DNA of 63,881 nt, filler included, from Octopus bimaculoides (taxonomy: Eukaryota), in the NCBI RefSeq assembly GCF_001194135.2. It is 5 parts of 5 records of this genome, joined end to end, with 100 filler letters (N's around TTAATTAATTAA, not from the genome) between each part and the next. Parts side by side here need not be neighbours in the genome. Positions count along the whole stretch, not along the records: positions 62,654 to 63,881 come from NW_026307858.1; 4 more parts are not named here. One strand, written 5' to 3'. Below the pieces are notes generated by a model. That model was given only the letters and a program-made list of their open reading frames with translations, did no database searches and was not told where the DNA came from. A program made the position numbers and the translations under genes. Of the stretch, positions 63,768 to 63,881 are shown piece after piece. Each line of letters opens with the position of its first letter. Positions within the stretch are counted from its first letter, which is position 1.

Positions 63768-63881
63768 GTCCAGTAAATGGATTTTATGGAAAAATGGAAG
63801 AAACATGTACTCATTAACTCATACGAAAAAAACTCTCAAGATAAAGAAAAGAAACACATTCACATTTCTTTCTCTCTCTCT

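Overview
Repeat-dense eukaryotic DNA, about 15% N. It is most likely a cephalopod (octopus-type) draft assembly, judged from SINE families I recognise from memory and the dense microsatellites. I can support no host protein-coding gene; most ORFs in the track are microsatellite or N artefacts. Contents: (i) four families of tRNA-derived SINEs, many copies; (ii) decayed non-LTR retrotransposons: a near full-length HERO-type RLE element (~58.1-61.8 kb) plus a second 3' fragment (49.3-49.8 kb), a 3'-truncated R4/Dong element (18.0-20.3 kb) interrupted by a MITE, two RTE fragments and a LINE ORF1-like relic; (iii) two Penelope-like GIY-YIG fragments and non-coding Penelope-type modules; (iv) Tc1/mariner relics and MITEs. 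Four identical 100-bp spacers (44N-TTAATTAATTAA-44N) split the window into five artificially joined pieces. The best leads are RNA-level. Several short ORF-less modules carry minimal type I hammerhead ribozyme motifs: one with an intact core at 10.9 kb, and a family whose two copies share a non-canonical CUGU-N-GA core. The HERO 3' UTR folds by eye into a four-way junction joined by GAAAC and UGAUGA strands. All structures were folded by eye and none is experimentally or computationally verified.
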